Shown here: positions 1 through 9,415 of the stretch, one piece after another | Layout of the letters: each line of letters starts with the position of its first letter | Numbering within the stretch: the stretch's first letter is position 1 | Source of the DNA: an uncultured Chthoniobacter sp. | GTDB lineage: Bacteria > Verrucomicrobiota > Verrucomicrobiia > Chthoniobacterales > JACTMZ01 | Assembly: GCA_964609925.1 (NCBI GenBank) | Contig: CAZSUJ010000002.1 | Coordinates: 8,251 to 72,250, forward strand | Reading direction: 5' to 3' | DNA: 64,000 bases | The notes under the pieces: generated by a model | Seen by the model: only the letters and a program-made list of their open reading frames with translations | The model's database searches: none | Told to the model about the DNA's origin: nothing | Translations under genes and position numbers: made by a program

Positions 1-1
1 G

Positions 2-550
2 GCGAACGCGATTCCCGAGGCCGACGAACTCTCGCAGGCGGCCCTCCGCAACAGCGACCGCTCGTCCGCCGCAGCCGCCACGCGCGCAAGGGTCCTGGTC
101 TCCACCGGCGACATCAAGCAGGCGGTGAACCTCGCCGACCGCGCGGTGGCACTTGAGCCCGCCTCCGATTACGCGTGGCAGGTGCGGGCCGAGACGCTGT
201 TGCACGCGGGGCGAACCGACGATGCCTACGCGGCCGGACAGCGGGCGGCAGAGCTGGCGCCGGGTGACGCCGGGGCGCTCTGGCTCGCCGCGCGCACGGC
301 AAACGCCGCGCGCGCCTTCCAGACCGAAGCCGGGATCCTCGAGCGCCTTGTCGCGCTCACGCAGGGGCGCGGGATGGACGCATCGTTTTACCAGCTCTAC
401 CTCGGCCAGTCTTACGCCAAGCAAGGACTTGAGCGGCCGGCCCTGCGGGCGTTCGACGAGGCGGCCCGGTCGCCCACGCTCACACCGGAGCAGCGCAAGG
501 AGCTCGAGGAGGAGATCGCCCGGATCAAGTCCCCCGACCGCGCACCCTGA
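2..550 (+). CDS. TPR-repeat protein, 5'-partial (runs off window start)
   Basis: Frame is open from base 2 with no stop; the listed start at 125 is an internal GTG. Helical Ala/Leu-rich TPR-like repeats (e.g. AWQVRAETLLHAGRTDDAYAAGQRAAELAP). Confidence 0.6.
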   Translation, partial: ANAIPEADELSQAALRNSDRSSAAAATRARVLVSTGDIKQAVNLADRAVALEPASDYAWQVRAETLLHAGRTDDAYAAGQRAAELAPGDAGALWLAARTANAARAFQTEAGILERLVALTQGRGMDASFYQLYLGQSYAKQGLERPALRAFDEAARSPTLTPEQRKELEEEIARIKSPDRAP

Positions 551-598
551 CTCAGCTTTGCGCTTAACCCGGCGCAGCAGTCCGCATAGTCTTGCCGC

Positions 599-2308
599 GT
601 GAAGAAAAGCCCATCCCGCCGAAACAAGCCCGATCTTCGTCCCCATTCATCCGCTGTCCTTGACGGACCCGAGCGCGCGCCGAGCCGCGCCATGCTTTAC
701 GCGGTCGGCTACCGCGAGGCCGACTTCGCCAAGTCGCAGATCGGCATCGCCTCGACGTGGAGCATGGTCACGCCGTGCAACATGCATATTGATGAACTGG
801 CGCGGGACGCGGCGGGCGGGGCGAATGCGGCGGGCGGCAAGGCGGTCATCTTCAACACCATCACGATCTCCGACGGCATTTCGATGGGAACCGAGGGGAT
901 GAAATACTCGCTCGTCTCGCGCGAGGTCATCGCCGATTCGATCGAGACGGTTGTCGGCTGCGAGGGCTTCGACGGCTTCGTCGCCATCGGCGGTTGCGAC
1001 AAGAACATGCCCGGAGCCATGCTGGCCATCGCGCGGCTGAACCGTCCTGCTGTCTTCGTCTACGGCGGCACGATCCTCCCGGGCTGCCTGAACGGCCGCA
1101 ACCTCGACATCGTCTCGGTTTTCGAGGCGGTCGGGCAGCGCGCCGCGGGCAAGATCAGCGACCGCGAGTTGCAGAAGATCGAGTCCTGCGCCATCCCCGG
1201 CGCCGGTTCGTGCGGCGGCATGTATACGGCGAACACGATGGCCTCGGCCGTAGAGGCCATGGGCATGAGCCTGCCTAACAGCTCAGCCCAGGCCGCCGTC
1301 TCGCCGCAGAAGAAGAACGATGCCCGCGCCGCCGGCGCTGCCGTTGTCAACCTCCTCAAGCTCGGCATCCGCCCCTCCGACATCATGACACGCGAGGCGT
1401 TCGAGAACGCACTCACCGTCGTCATCGCGCTCGGCGGCTCGACCAATGCCGTCCTGCATCTCCTGGCCATCGCCCACGCGGCCAACGTGAAACTGACCAT
1501 CGACGACTTCACCCGCATCGGCGCGCGCGTCCCCGTGCTGGCCGACTTGAAGCCGAGCGGACGGTTCCTCATGTCCGAACTGGTCGCCATCGGCGGAATC
1601 GTGCCGATGATGAAAGACCTCCTCTCCGCGGGGCTCCTACACGGCGACTGCCTCACCGTGACCGGCCGCACCCTCAAGCAGAACCTTGCCGCGTTCGGCC
1701 GCTACCCGAAGGGCCAGGAAATCATCCGTCCGCTCAAGAATCCGATCAAGAAGACGAGCCACCTCGTCATCCTGCGCGGCAACCTCGCGCCGGGTGGTGC
1801 GGTGGCCAAGATCACCGGCAAGGAGGGCGAGAAATTCCGCGGCACGGCCCGCGTCTTCGACTCCGAGGACAAGGCCCATGCGGCCATCCTCAAAGGCGGC
1901 GTGCGCAAGGGCGACGTTGTCGTCATCCGCTACGAGGGACCGAGGGGCGGTCCCGGCATGCGCGAGATGCTCGCCCCGACCTCGGCCGTCATGGGACTGG
2001 GCCTCGGCAAGGACGTCGCTCTCATCACCGACGGCCGCTTTTCCGGCGGCACGCACGGTTTCGTCGTGGGCCACATCACGCCCGAGGCGTTCGACGGAGG
2101 ACCGCTCGCACTCGTGCGGAGCGGGGACACGATCGAGATCGACGCGGTCAAGCACCGCCTCACGCTCGACGTGCCGGCGGCCGAATTGAAGCGCCGCCGC
2201 GCCGCATGGAAACAGCCGAAGCCGCGCTATCGCCGCGGCGTGCTGGCCAAGTTCGCCTCGCGCGTGACCAGCGCATCCGAGGGCGCCGTGACCGACGCCG
2301 GGCTTTAG
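599..2308 (+). CDS. ilvD: dihydroxy-acid dehydratase
   Basis: 569 aa. IlvD/Edd hallmarks: [61 protein letters not shown] start. Confidence 0.95.
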   Translation: MKKSPSRRNKPDLRPHSSAVLDGPERAPSRAMLYAVGYREADFAKSQIGIASTWSMVTPCNMHIDELARDAAGGANAAGGKAVIFNTITISDGISMGTEGMKYSLVSREVIADSIETVVGCEGFDGFVAIGGCDKNMPGAMLAIARLNRPAVFVYGGTILPGCLNGRNLDIVSVFEAVGQRAAGKISDRELQKIESCAIPGAGSCGGMYTANTMASAVEAMGMSLPNSSAQAAVSPQKKNDARAAGAAVVNLLKLGIRPSDIMTREAFENALTVVIALGGSTNAVLHLLAIAHAANVKLTIDDFTRIGARVPVLADLKPSGRFLMSELVAIGGIVPMMKDLLSAGLLHGDCLTVTGRTLKQNLAAFGRYPKGQEIIRPLKNPIKKTSHLVILRGNLAPGGAVAKITGKEGEKFRGTARVFDSEDKAHAAILKGGVRKGDVVVIRYEGPRGGPGMREMLAPTSAVMGLGLGKDVALITDGRFSGGTHGFVVGHITPEAFDGGPLALVRSGDTIEIDAVKHRLTLDVPAAELKRRRAAWKQPKPRYRRGVLAKFASRVTSASEGAVTDAGL

Positions 2309-2309
2309 C

Positions 2310-2960
2310 ATGCTGCGCGCCGTCATCTTCGATTGGGATGGTGTCGTCGTGGACTCCTCGCGCCATCACGAGCGTAGTTGGGAGATCATCGCCGGACGCC
2401 ACGGGCTTCCGCTGCCGCCGGATCACTTCAAGCGCGGCTTCGGGAAGAAGAACAACATCATCATCCCGGACCTCGGCTGGGCACACGAACCGGACGCCGT
2501 GAACGCGCTGGCCCGGGAGAAGGAAGAAATCTACCGCGCTCTCGTCCGCGAGCAAGGCATCGAACCCCTTCCCGGCATCCGCGAGCTGCTGGCCAGCCTC
2601 AATGCCGAAGGCATCCCCTGCGCCATCGGATCGTCCACCGAACGCGCGAACCTCGATGCCCTCCTCGACTTGATGGACGTGCGCCGATTCTACTCCGCCA
2701 TCGTGTCGGGCGAAGAAGTCGAGCACGGCAAGCCCGATCCCTCGATCTTCCTCCTCGCTGCGCAACGCCTCGGCGTCGCGCCGTCCGGATGCGTCGTGAT
2801 CGAGGACGCCCACGTCGGCATCGAGGCCGCGCATCGGGCGGGCATGCGCGTGGCCGCAGTTGCGACGACTCACGCGGTAGAAGAACTGGGCACTGCGGAC
2901 AAGGCGTTCCCCTCGACCGCCGACCTCACGGTGGACGCGTTGCGTTCCGTGGCTGCCTGA
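2310..2960 (+). CDS. HAD-superfamily hydrolase (beta-phosphoglucomutase-like, subfamily IA)
   Basis: N-terminal DxDG motif (VIFDWDGVVVDS), GKPDP and EDAxxG motifs; 216 aa; starts 1 nt after the ilvD stop. Confidence 0.85.
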   Translation: MLRAVIFDWDGVVVDSSRHHERSWEIIAGRHGLPLPPDHFKRGFGKKNNIIIPDLGWAHEPDAVNALAREKEEIYRALVREQGIEPLPGIRELLASLNAEGIPCAIGSSTERANLDALLDLMDVRRFYSAIVSGEEVEHGKPDPSIFLLAAQRLGVAPSGCVVIEDAHVGIEAAHRAGMRVAAVATTHAVEELGTADKAFPSTADLTVDALRSVAA

Positions 2961-2966
2961 AGCCGG

Positions 2967-4067
2967 TCAGCGGTCGCCGAACGAGATTCCGACCGAACGC
3001 GCCGCCGCCACAGTCTCGCAGTCCGGCTCCACCGTGCGCAGGGTCCGCACCGCCTTGGCAATGGGAACGCCGCCCACGTGGTCGTTCAGATAGGTCACCA
3101 TGTGGCCGAACTTGCCTTGGGTCAGCAGACGCACCGCACCGACGCCGAAGCGGGTGGCGAGGATGCGGTCGAGCGCACTCGGCGTGCCCCCGCGTTGGAG
3201 ATGACCGAGAATGACGAAGCGCGCCTCCTGTCCCGTCGCCGCCTCCAACGCCTCGGCCAACTGCTCCCCCACCCCGCCGAGCCGCACCTCACCTCCGCCC
3301 CGGAGCTTGGCCTGCTTCGTCACGAGGTCCTTGCCGGCCTCGCGGGCGCCCTCCGCCACCACGATCATCGTGCTCCCGAAACCGTCGCCCTTGCGCTGCT
3401 TCATCAGCGAGACGAGGTGGTCCGTGCGGTAGGGAATCTCGGGAATCAAGACCACGTCCGCCCCGCCGCCCAATCCCCCGTGCAGGGCGATCCATCCCGC
3501 GTGTCGCCCCATCACCTCGACGACCATGATCCGCTTGTGACTGCGGGCCGTCGTGTGCAGGCGGTCCAGCGCATCCACCACCACCTCGACAGCCGAGTCG
3601 AAGCCGAACGTCATAGCCGTGGCCGAAAGGTCGTTGTCGATCGTCTTGGGCACGCCGACCACCGGAACTCCGGCGGCCTGCAGTTGCAGCGCAGTGCTGA
3701 GCGAGCCATCGCCACCGATGCACACAAGCGCATCGAGCCCGAGTCCCTCGAATGTCTCGCGCGCCTCGCTCAGGATGGCCTTGGGAATGGACGACTTTTT
3801 CCCCTCCCCGACCTTGGCGACAAATCGCCCGCGGTTCACGGTGCCGAGGATGGTCCCTCCCATCGGCATGATGCTGTCCACGCCATTCGGATCGAGCCGC
3901 CGGTATCTTACCGGCGAGAGAAGACCCTCGTAGCCGTCGGAGAACCCGTAAACCTCCCAGTCCTGCTCGTGCGCCGCTCGGACCACGCCGCGGATCACCG
4001 CGTTGAGCCCGGGGCAATCACCGCCGCTGGTCAGGACACCGATACGCGAAATCTTGTTGCGCTTCAT
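2967..4067 (-). CDS. pfkA: ATP-dependent 6-phosphofructokinase
   Basis: IGVLTSGGDCPGLNAVIRGV, CIGGDGSLS, PKTIDNDL, MGRHAGW motifs. Start placed at MKRNKISRIG (cat at 4065-4067), not at the longer 4148 ORF start. Confidence 0.9.
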   Translation of the reverse strand: MKRNKISRIGVLTSGGDCPGLNAVIRGVVRAAHEQDWEVYGFSDGYEGLLSPVRYRRLDPNGVDSIMPMGGTILGTVNRGRFVAKVGEGKKSSIPKAILSEARETFEGLGLDALVCIGGDGSLSTALQLQAAGVPVVGVPKTIDNDLSATAMTFGFDSAVEVVVDALDRLHTTARSHKRIMVVEVMGRHAGWIALHGGLGGGADVVLIPEIPYRTDHLVSLMKQRKGDGFGSTMIVVAEGAREAGKDLVTKQAKLRGGGEVRLGGVGEQLAEALEAATGQEARFVILGHLQRGGTPSALDRILATRFGVGAVRLLTQGKFGHMVTYLNDHVGGVPIAKAVRTLRTVEPDCETVAAARSVGISFGDR

Positions 4068-4165
4068 GCCCGGGAAGGCAGCAGGATTAGTGCCACCACG
4101 GCGCGCGACGAAGGCCAGCAAACCTCCCTTGCACACTGCCGCGATCAATGAAAGATTGCCAAAGT

Positions 4166-4420
4166 ATGTCGAAAGACGCCGCCATCTCGCACCGTCTCAA
4201 CCTGCACCTCCCTTACCACGGCCCGGCCCTGCGCACGATCGTCTGCCTCATCGAGGAGAACCTCGCCTGCCACCCTTCGCCGAACGCCAAACTGGAAGGC
4301 CTCGAAGGCGAGTGGGGGCCGGATATCGCCGAGTCCTGGTCCGCCCTGCACGACCTGAAAACCCAGCTCGAGGCCGCCGCGGACTGCGTTGACGCCGCCC
4401 ACGAGGGCGCGGATCGCTGA
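4166..4420 (+). CDS. small hypothetical protein
   Basis: Strong GC3 codon bias through the frame. No recognisable family. Start taken at the second Met (MSKDAAISH). Confidence 0.45.
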   Translation: MSKDAAISHRLNLHLPYHGPALRTIVCLIEENLACHPSPNAKLEGLEGEWGPDIAESWSALHDLKTQLEAAADCVDAAHEGADR

Positions 4421-4431
4421 AGCCGCGCGTC

Positions 4432-4800
4432 CTAAACATCCCCGCAGGGAATCTCGTCCGACGGGTCGAACTGCGGCGTCGTGATCACGCACAGGCGGTT
4501 CTGCGGAGTGGCCGCGATGACTTGGTGGCGGATGCCGCGCGGAATCACGCAGAGTTCGTTGGATGAAAGCGTGATGGTTTGCGTGATGCCGTCGGAGGGA
4601 TCGGAAAGTCGGAGGGAGAGCGAACCGTCGAGGACCAGGTAAATCTCGTCGAACGTCGCGTGCGAATGGGCGACTGTCGGCCGGAGGTCGATCGCCATCG
4701 CGATGTTGGGAGACCACTCCCCGCCATGCAGGATCTCGCGGATCATGCCGCAGGTGGGCGAGGTCTTGATGGCGTGGTCCGCAGCGAGCTTGATGATCAT
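4432..4800 (-). CDS. cupin-domain protein
   Basis: Cupin-like H-x-H...E / beta-barrel pattern (VAHSHATFDEIYLVLDGSLSL ... VIPRGIRHQV). 35 nt downstream of the DHOD-like gene on the same strand. Start at MIIKL (4800). Confidence 0.7.
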   Translation of the reverse strand: MIIKLAADHAIKTSPTCGMIREILHGGEWSPNIAMAIDLRPTVAHSHATFDEIYLVLDGSLSLRLSDPSDGITQTITLSSNELCVIPRGIRHQVIAATPQNRLCVITTPQFDPSDEIPCGDV

Positions 4801-4835
4801 ACAGGCCGCTGGTGTGGCAGGGGCCCGCCCCGTCG

Positions 4836-5840
4836 TCAACCGCGGCCGCCCCAGCTCTGCAGGATCTTGAGGTAGTTGGCCCGCTCGAAAGCGGAGGGAT
4901 CAGGGCAGGTCCGGAGATTGAGGCTGCCGCGGAGCTGTTCGAGGCTGGTGTATTCGTGCTCGTCGAGCCAGCGGTCGAGAAAGCGCAGGAGTTCGGCGAA
5001 ATGGCCCGGGCCTTGACGCAGGAGGACGGACACCATCTGCACGGTGGTGGCACCGGCCATGATTGCCTTCACCGCGTCGAGACCGGTGTGGACGCCGCCG
5101 CTGGCCGACAAGTCCCCGTGGAGGCTCGCGCTCAGGATGGCCAGCCAACGCAGGCGGAGACGGAGTTCGTAGGGGTCCGAGAGCTGCAGGGTCGGCTTGA
5201 CCTCGAGCTCCTCGGGATCCAAGTCGGGCTGGTAGAATCGGTTGAAGAGCACGAGTCCCCTCGCCCCGGCCTCGAGAACCTGCCGGGCCAGATGCGGCAG
5301 AGCGCTGAAGAACGGCGAGAGTTTCACTGCCACCGGAAGCGTGATGCCGGCGGTGACGGAACGCGTGATGGCCAGCACCTGCCCTTCAACCTCTTCCGAG
5401 GTCCGTGAGGGGTCGGTCGGGAAATAGTAGATGTTCAGTTCGAGCGCATCGGCCCCCGCCTCCTCCATGAGCTTCGCGTAGTGGGTCCATCCGCCGGGCG
5501 TCGCGCCATTGAGCGAGGCGATGACGGGAATACCGACCGCCTTCTTGATGCGGCCGATCTGCTCGAGATAGCGGTCGGGGCCGAGCGCGAACTCGTCGGC
5601 CGCCGGCAGATAGGTCGCGGCCTCGGCGAACGAATACTCGTGGGCGTCCACGTCCTCCAACTCCGCCCGCGCCTCCAGCGCGATCTGCTCCTCGAAGAGC
5701 GAGTGCATGACAATGGCCGGCGCGCCCGCGTCTTCGAGGCGGCGCACGCTGTCCATGCTGTCCACCAAGGGCGAAGCTCCGGGCAGGAGCGGATTCTTCA
5801 ACCGCAGGCCGAGGTATTCCGTGGTGAGGTCCATGGTCAA
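4836..5840 (-). CDS. dihydroorotate dehydrogenase-like (class 1 TIM-barrel flavoprotein family) protein, PFOR-associated
   Basis: MDLTTEYLGLRLKNPLLPGASPL ... SLNG ... ALELNIY ... GGVHTG pattern of the PyrD-like family. Overlaps the nifJ stop by 4 nt. A bona fide class 2 pyrD lies elsewhere in the window (44300..45295). Confidence 0.8.
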   Translation of the reverse strand: MTMDLTTEYLGLRLKNPLLPGASPLVDSMDSVRRLEDAGAPAIVMHSLFEEQIALEARAELEDVDAHEYSFAEAATYLPAADEFALGPDRYLEQIGRIKKAVGIPVIASLNGATPGGWTHYAKLMEEAGADALELNIYYFPTDPSRTSEEVEGQVLAITRSVTAGITLPVAVKLSPFFSALPHLARQVLEAGARGLVLFNRFYQPDLDPEELEVKPTLQLSDPYELRLRLRWLAILSASLHGDLSASGGVHTGLDAVKAIMAGATTVQMVSVLLRQGPGHFAELLRFLDRWLDEHEYTSLEQLRGSLNLRTCPDPSAFERANYLKILQSWGGRG

Positions 5841-8800
5841 CTCGGTTCGGTGGCGGCCGGAACGCGCAGCGAGTCGCGAAGTCGCTGATAGACGTCGTAG
5901 TGCGACTGCACATGCCGCTGGGCGGCCTCCTGCAGCGCGCGGGCGTGCTCGGGATTGCTGCGCTCTAGGATGCGGTAGCGCAGTTCGTTGGCGAGGTATT
6001 TGGAGAGCGGGATCTTGGGCGCGGTGGAGTCGAGTTTGAGCGGCTCGGCACCCGGCTCGGTGCGATGCGGGTTGAAACGGAAGAGAGGCCAGTAGCCCGA
6101 ATCAACGGCCAGCTTCTGCTGCTCCAGCCCGTGGTGCATGCCGTAACCGTGCGCGATGCAGTGGCTGTAGGCCACCGTGAGGGATACGCCCGGGAACTGT
6201 TCGGCCTCGGCCAGCGCCTGCACGGTCTGGCCGTCCTTCGCCCCGAACGCCACCCGCGCAACGTAGGCGGTCCCGTTCATCATCGCGTAGAGCGCGAGGT
6301 CCTTCTTCGGCAGCTCCTTGCCGGACACGGCGAATTTCGCGGAGGCACCCATCGGAGTGGCCTTGGATGACTGGCCGCCGGTGTTGGAATAGACCTCGGT
6401 GTCCATGACAAGGATGTTCACATCCCGTCCGCTCCACAGCACGTGGTCGAGGCCGCCGAAACCGATGTCGTAGGCCCATCCGTCGCCTCCCACGATCCAC
6501 ACGGATTTCTTGACTAGGTAGTCCGCGAGCAGTTCGAGCCGCCGGACCCGCGGGTCCTCGATTCCGCGGAGCGATTCACGAAGGGCGGTGACGCGGCGAC
6601 GCTGCGCTGCGACCGCGGACTCGTCGGACGAATAGCCCGCCGCCAAATCGCTTACCAATTCATCCCCGATCCGGGGAGCAAGGGCGCGGAGCAGCTCGAG
6701 GGCCTGCTCGTGGTGTTTGTCGAGGGCGACGCGCAAGCCGAGGCCGTATTCCGCATTGTCCTCGAAGAGGGAGTTCGACCACGCCGGACCGCGGCCCTCG
6801 GCGTTCGTCGTGTAGGGCGTGGTGGGCAGGTTGCCGCCGTAGATCGACGAGCAACCGGTGGCGTTGGCGATGAAAAGCCGGTCGCCGAACATCTGCGTCA
6901 GCAACTTGATGTAGGGCGTCTCCCCGCAACCGGCGCACGCGCCCGAATACTCGATGAGCGGCTCGTAGAATTGGACCGCCTTGACCTCGGGCTTCATCCC
7001 GGCACGGTCCGGCTCGGGCAGACCGAGGAAAAACGCGTAGTTCTCGCGCTCGGCCTCGCGCAACGGAAGCTGCGGGGCCATGTCGAGGGCCTTGTGCCGC
7101 GGGTTGGCCTTGTCCTTCGCCGGGCAGACCTGCACGCAGAGCGTGCACCCGGTGCAGTCCTCGGCCGCGATCTGGATGGTGAATTTCTGTCCCGGCATCG
7201 CGGCCGAACGGAAGTCCGCATGCTTGAAGGTCGCGGGCGCCGCTTCGAGGGCAGAAGGCGGGTAATACCTCGCCCGCACGGCGGCATGCGGGCAGACCAG
7301 CACGCACTTATTGCACTGGATGCAAAGGTCGGCGTCCCACACGGGGATCTCCTGCGCGATGTTGCGCTTCTCCCATTTCGTGGTGCCGACCGGCCAGCTT
7401 CCATCCACCGGGAACGCGCTGACGGGCAGCAGGTCTCCCTGACCCGCCAGCATCAGGCCGGTGACCCGGCGGACGAAATCCGGTGCGTCCTCGGACACCG
7501 GCGGCGGGCGGTGACGCGGCGAATCCGCGACGGCCGGCACGGCCACATCGTGGAGCGCGGCCAGTGTCGCATCGACCGCGGCGAAATTCTTCTGCACCAC
7601 GTCGGCCCCTTTGCGGGCGTAGGTTTTCTCGATCGCCTTCTTGATCTGCGCGATGGCCTCCTCGCGCGGCAGCACGCCGGAGATGGCGAAGAAGCACGTC
7701 TGCATGATCGTGTTGATGCGCCCGCCCATCCCGTTCTCCCGCGCCACCCGGTAGGCGTCGATGGTGTAGAGCTTGAGCTTCCGCTCCACGATCGTCTCCT
7801 GCGCCTCCCGCGGCAAAGCGTCCCACACGGCATCCGGTCCGTGCACGGAGTTGACGAGAACCACGGCACCCCGCGCGGCGAGGTCGAGCACGTCGAGGCG
7901 GTCGAAAAATTCCCACTGGTGGACGCCCACGAAATTCGCGCGGCTGACGAGATACGTGCTGCGGATCGGACGCGGCCCGAATCGAAGGTGCGAGATCGTA
8001 ACAGCCCCGGCCTTCTTCGAGTCGTAAACGAAGTAGCCTTGCGCGAAGTTGTCCGTCTCTTCCCCGATGATCTTGATCGTGTTCTTGTTGGCTCCAACGG
8101 TGCCGTCCGACCCAAGACCGTAAAACACTGCGCGCGTGACATCATCCGGCTCGATGTCCCAACCGCGGTCCCACGGGAGCGAGGTTCCGCTCACGTCGTC
8201 GATGATGCCGACTGTGAAATGGTTGCGTGGCGCCTCGGCTCGCAGCTCATCAAAGACCGAGCGCGCCATCGCCGGGGTGAACTCCTTCGAGGAGAGGCCG
8301 TAGCGTCCGCCGACGACCACCGGGTCGCAACTCCTCGGCAAAAGCCCGGTCGCACGCGCCTCGGCCAGGGCGGTGACGACATCCTGGTAGAGGGGCTCGC
8401 CGATGCTGCCCGGCTCCTTCGTGCGGTCTAGAACCGCGATCGCGCGGACGCTGTCCGGCAGCGCATCCGCGAAACGCTGCACGGACCAGGGCCGGAACAG
8501 GCGCACCTTGAGCACACCGGTCTTGCCGCCGCGGGCGTTGAGCCAGGCCGAGCATTCCGCCGCGGTCTCCGCGCCCGACCCCATGATGACAAGCACCTCG
8601 GTGGCCTGCGGATCGCCCTCGTAGTCGAAGAGGTTGTAACGCCGCCCGGTGATGCGCGCGAAGTCGGCTAGCAAATCCTCCACCACGCCCGGGACGGCCG
8701 CGTGGAAAGGGTTGGCCGCCTCCCGCGCCTGGAAAAACGTGTCCGGGTTCTGCGCCGTCCCGCGCAGCACAGGTGCGTCCGGCGTGAGGGCGCGGGAGCG

Positions 8801-9415
8801 GAAGTCGGCCACGGACCCATCGTCCACCAACTCGCGCAGCGCCGCCTCGTCGAGCAGGTCGATCTTGCCCACCTCGTGCGAGGTGCGGAAGCCGTCGAAA
8901 AAGTGCATGAACGGCACCCTGGTGCGCAAAGTCGCAGCATGGGCGATGGCGGCCATGTCCTGAGCCTCCTGCACCGTGGCCGAGCAGAGCATGGCCATCC
9001 CGATCTGGCGGCAAGACATGACGTCGGAATGGTCCCCGAAGATGGAGAGCGCATGCGTGGCCAGCGTCCGCGCCGTCACGTGCAGGACGAACGGGTGGAG
9101 TTCTCCCGTGATCTTGTAGAGATTCGGGATCATGAGCAGCAGGCCCTGCGATGCGGTGAAACTCGTGGACATCGCGCCGGCCTGCAGCATGCCGTGGATC
9201 GCCCCGGCGGCCCCGCCCTCGCTCTGCATCTCGATCAGCCGCGGGATGGTGCCCCAAAGATTGGTCCGTCCCTTCGCCGCCCACTCGTCACACGACTCAG
9301 CCATGGGCGAGGACGGTGTGATGGGATAGATCGCGAGGGTCTCCGTCAGGGCGTAAGCGACAGCCGCGGCGGCTTCATTGGCATCAACCGTCACGCGACG
9401 GACTGGGGGGGTCAT
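5837..9415 (-). CDS. nifJ: pyruvate:ferredoxin (flavodoxin) oxidoreductase
   Basis: 1192 aa single-chain PFOR. Two 4Fe-4S ferredoxin motifs (CIQCNKCVLVCPH, CTGCTLCVQVCPA) and a TPP-binding GDGWAYDIG motif. Confidence 0.95.
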   Translation of the reverse strand: MTPPVRRVTVDANEAAAAVAYALTETLAIYPITPSSPMAESCDEWAAKGRTNLWGTIPRLIEMQSEGGAAGAIHGMLQAGAMSTSFTASQGLLLMIPNLYKITGELHPFVLHVTARTLATHALSIFGDHSDVMSCRQIGMAMLCSATVQEAQDMAAIAHAATLRTRVPFMHFFDGFRTSHEVGKIDLLDEAALRELVDDGSVADFRSRALTPDAPVLRGTAQNPDTFFQAREAANPFHAAVPGVVEDLLADFARITGRRYNLFDYEGDPQATEVLVIMGSGAETAAECSAWLNARGGKTGVLKVRLFRPWSVQRFADALPDSVRAIAVLDRTKEPGSIGEPLYQDVVTALAEARATGLLPRSCDPVVVGGRYGLSSKEFTPAMARSVFDELRAEAPRNHFTVGIIDDVSGTSLPWDRGWDIEPDDVTRAVFYGLGSDGTVGANKNTIKIIGEETDNFAQGYFVYDSKKAGAVTISHLRFGPRPIRSTYLVSRANFVGVHQWEFFDRLDVLDLAARGAVVLVNSVHGPDAVWDALPREAQETIVERKLKLYTIDAYRVARENGMGGRINTIMQTCFFAISGVLPREEAIAQIKKAIEKTYARKGADVVQKNFAAVDATLAALHDVAVPAVADSPRHRPPPVSEDAPDFVRRVTGLMLAGQGDLLPVSAFPVDGSWPVGTTKWEKRNIAQEIPVWDADLCIQCNKCVLVCPHAAVRARYYPPSALEAAPATFKHADFRSAAMPGQKFTIQIAAEDCTGCTLCVQVCPAKDKANPRHKALDMAPQLPLREAERENYAFFLGLPEPDRAGMKPEVKAVQFYEPLIEYSGACAGCGETPYIKLLTQMFGDRLFIANATGCSSIYGGNLPTTPYTTNAEGRGPAWSNSLFEDNAEYGLGLRVALDKHHEQALELLRALAPRIGDELVSDLAAGYSSDESAVAAQRRRVTALRESLRGIEDPRVRRLELLADYLVKKSVWIVGGDGWAYDIGFGGLDHVLWSGRDVNILVMDTEVYSNTGGQSSKATPMGASAKFAVSGKELPKKDLALYAMMNGTAYVARVAFGAKDGQTVQALAEAEQFPGVSLTVAYSHCIAHGYGMHHGLEQQKLAVDSGYWPLFRFNPHRTEPGAEPLKLDSTAPKIPLSKYLANELRYRILERSNPEHARALQEAAQRHVQSHYDVYQRLRDSLRVPAATEPS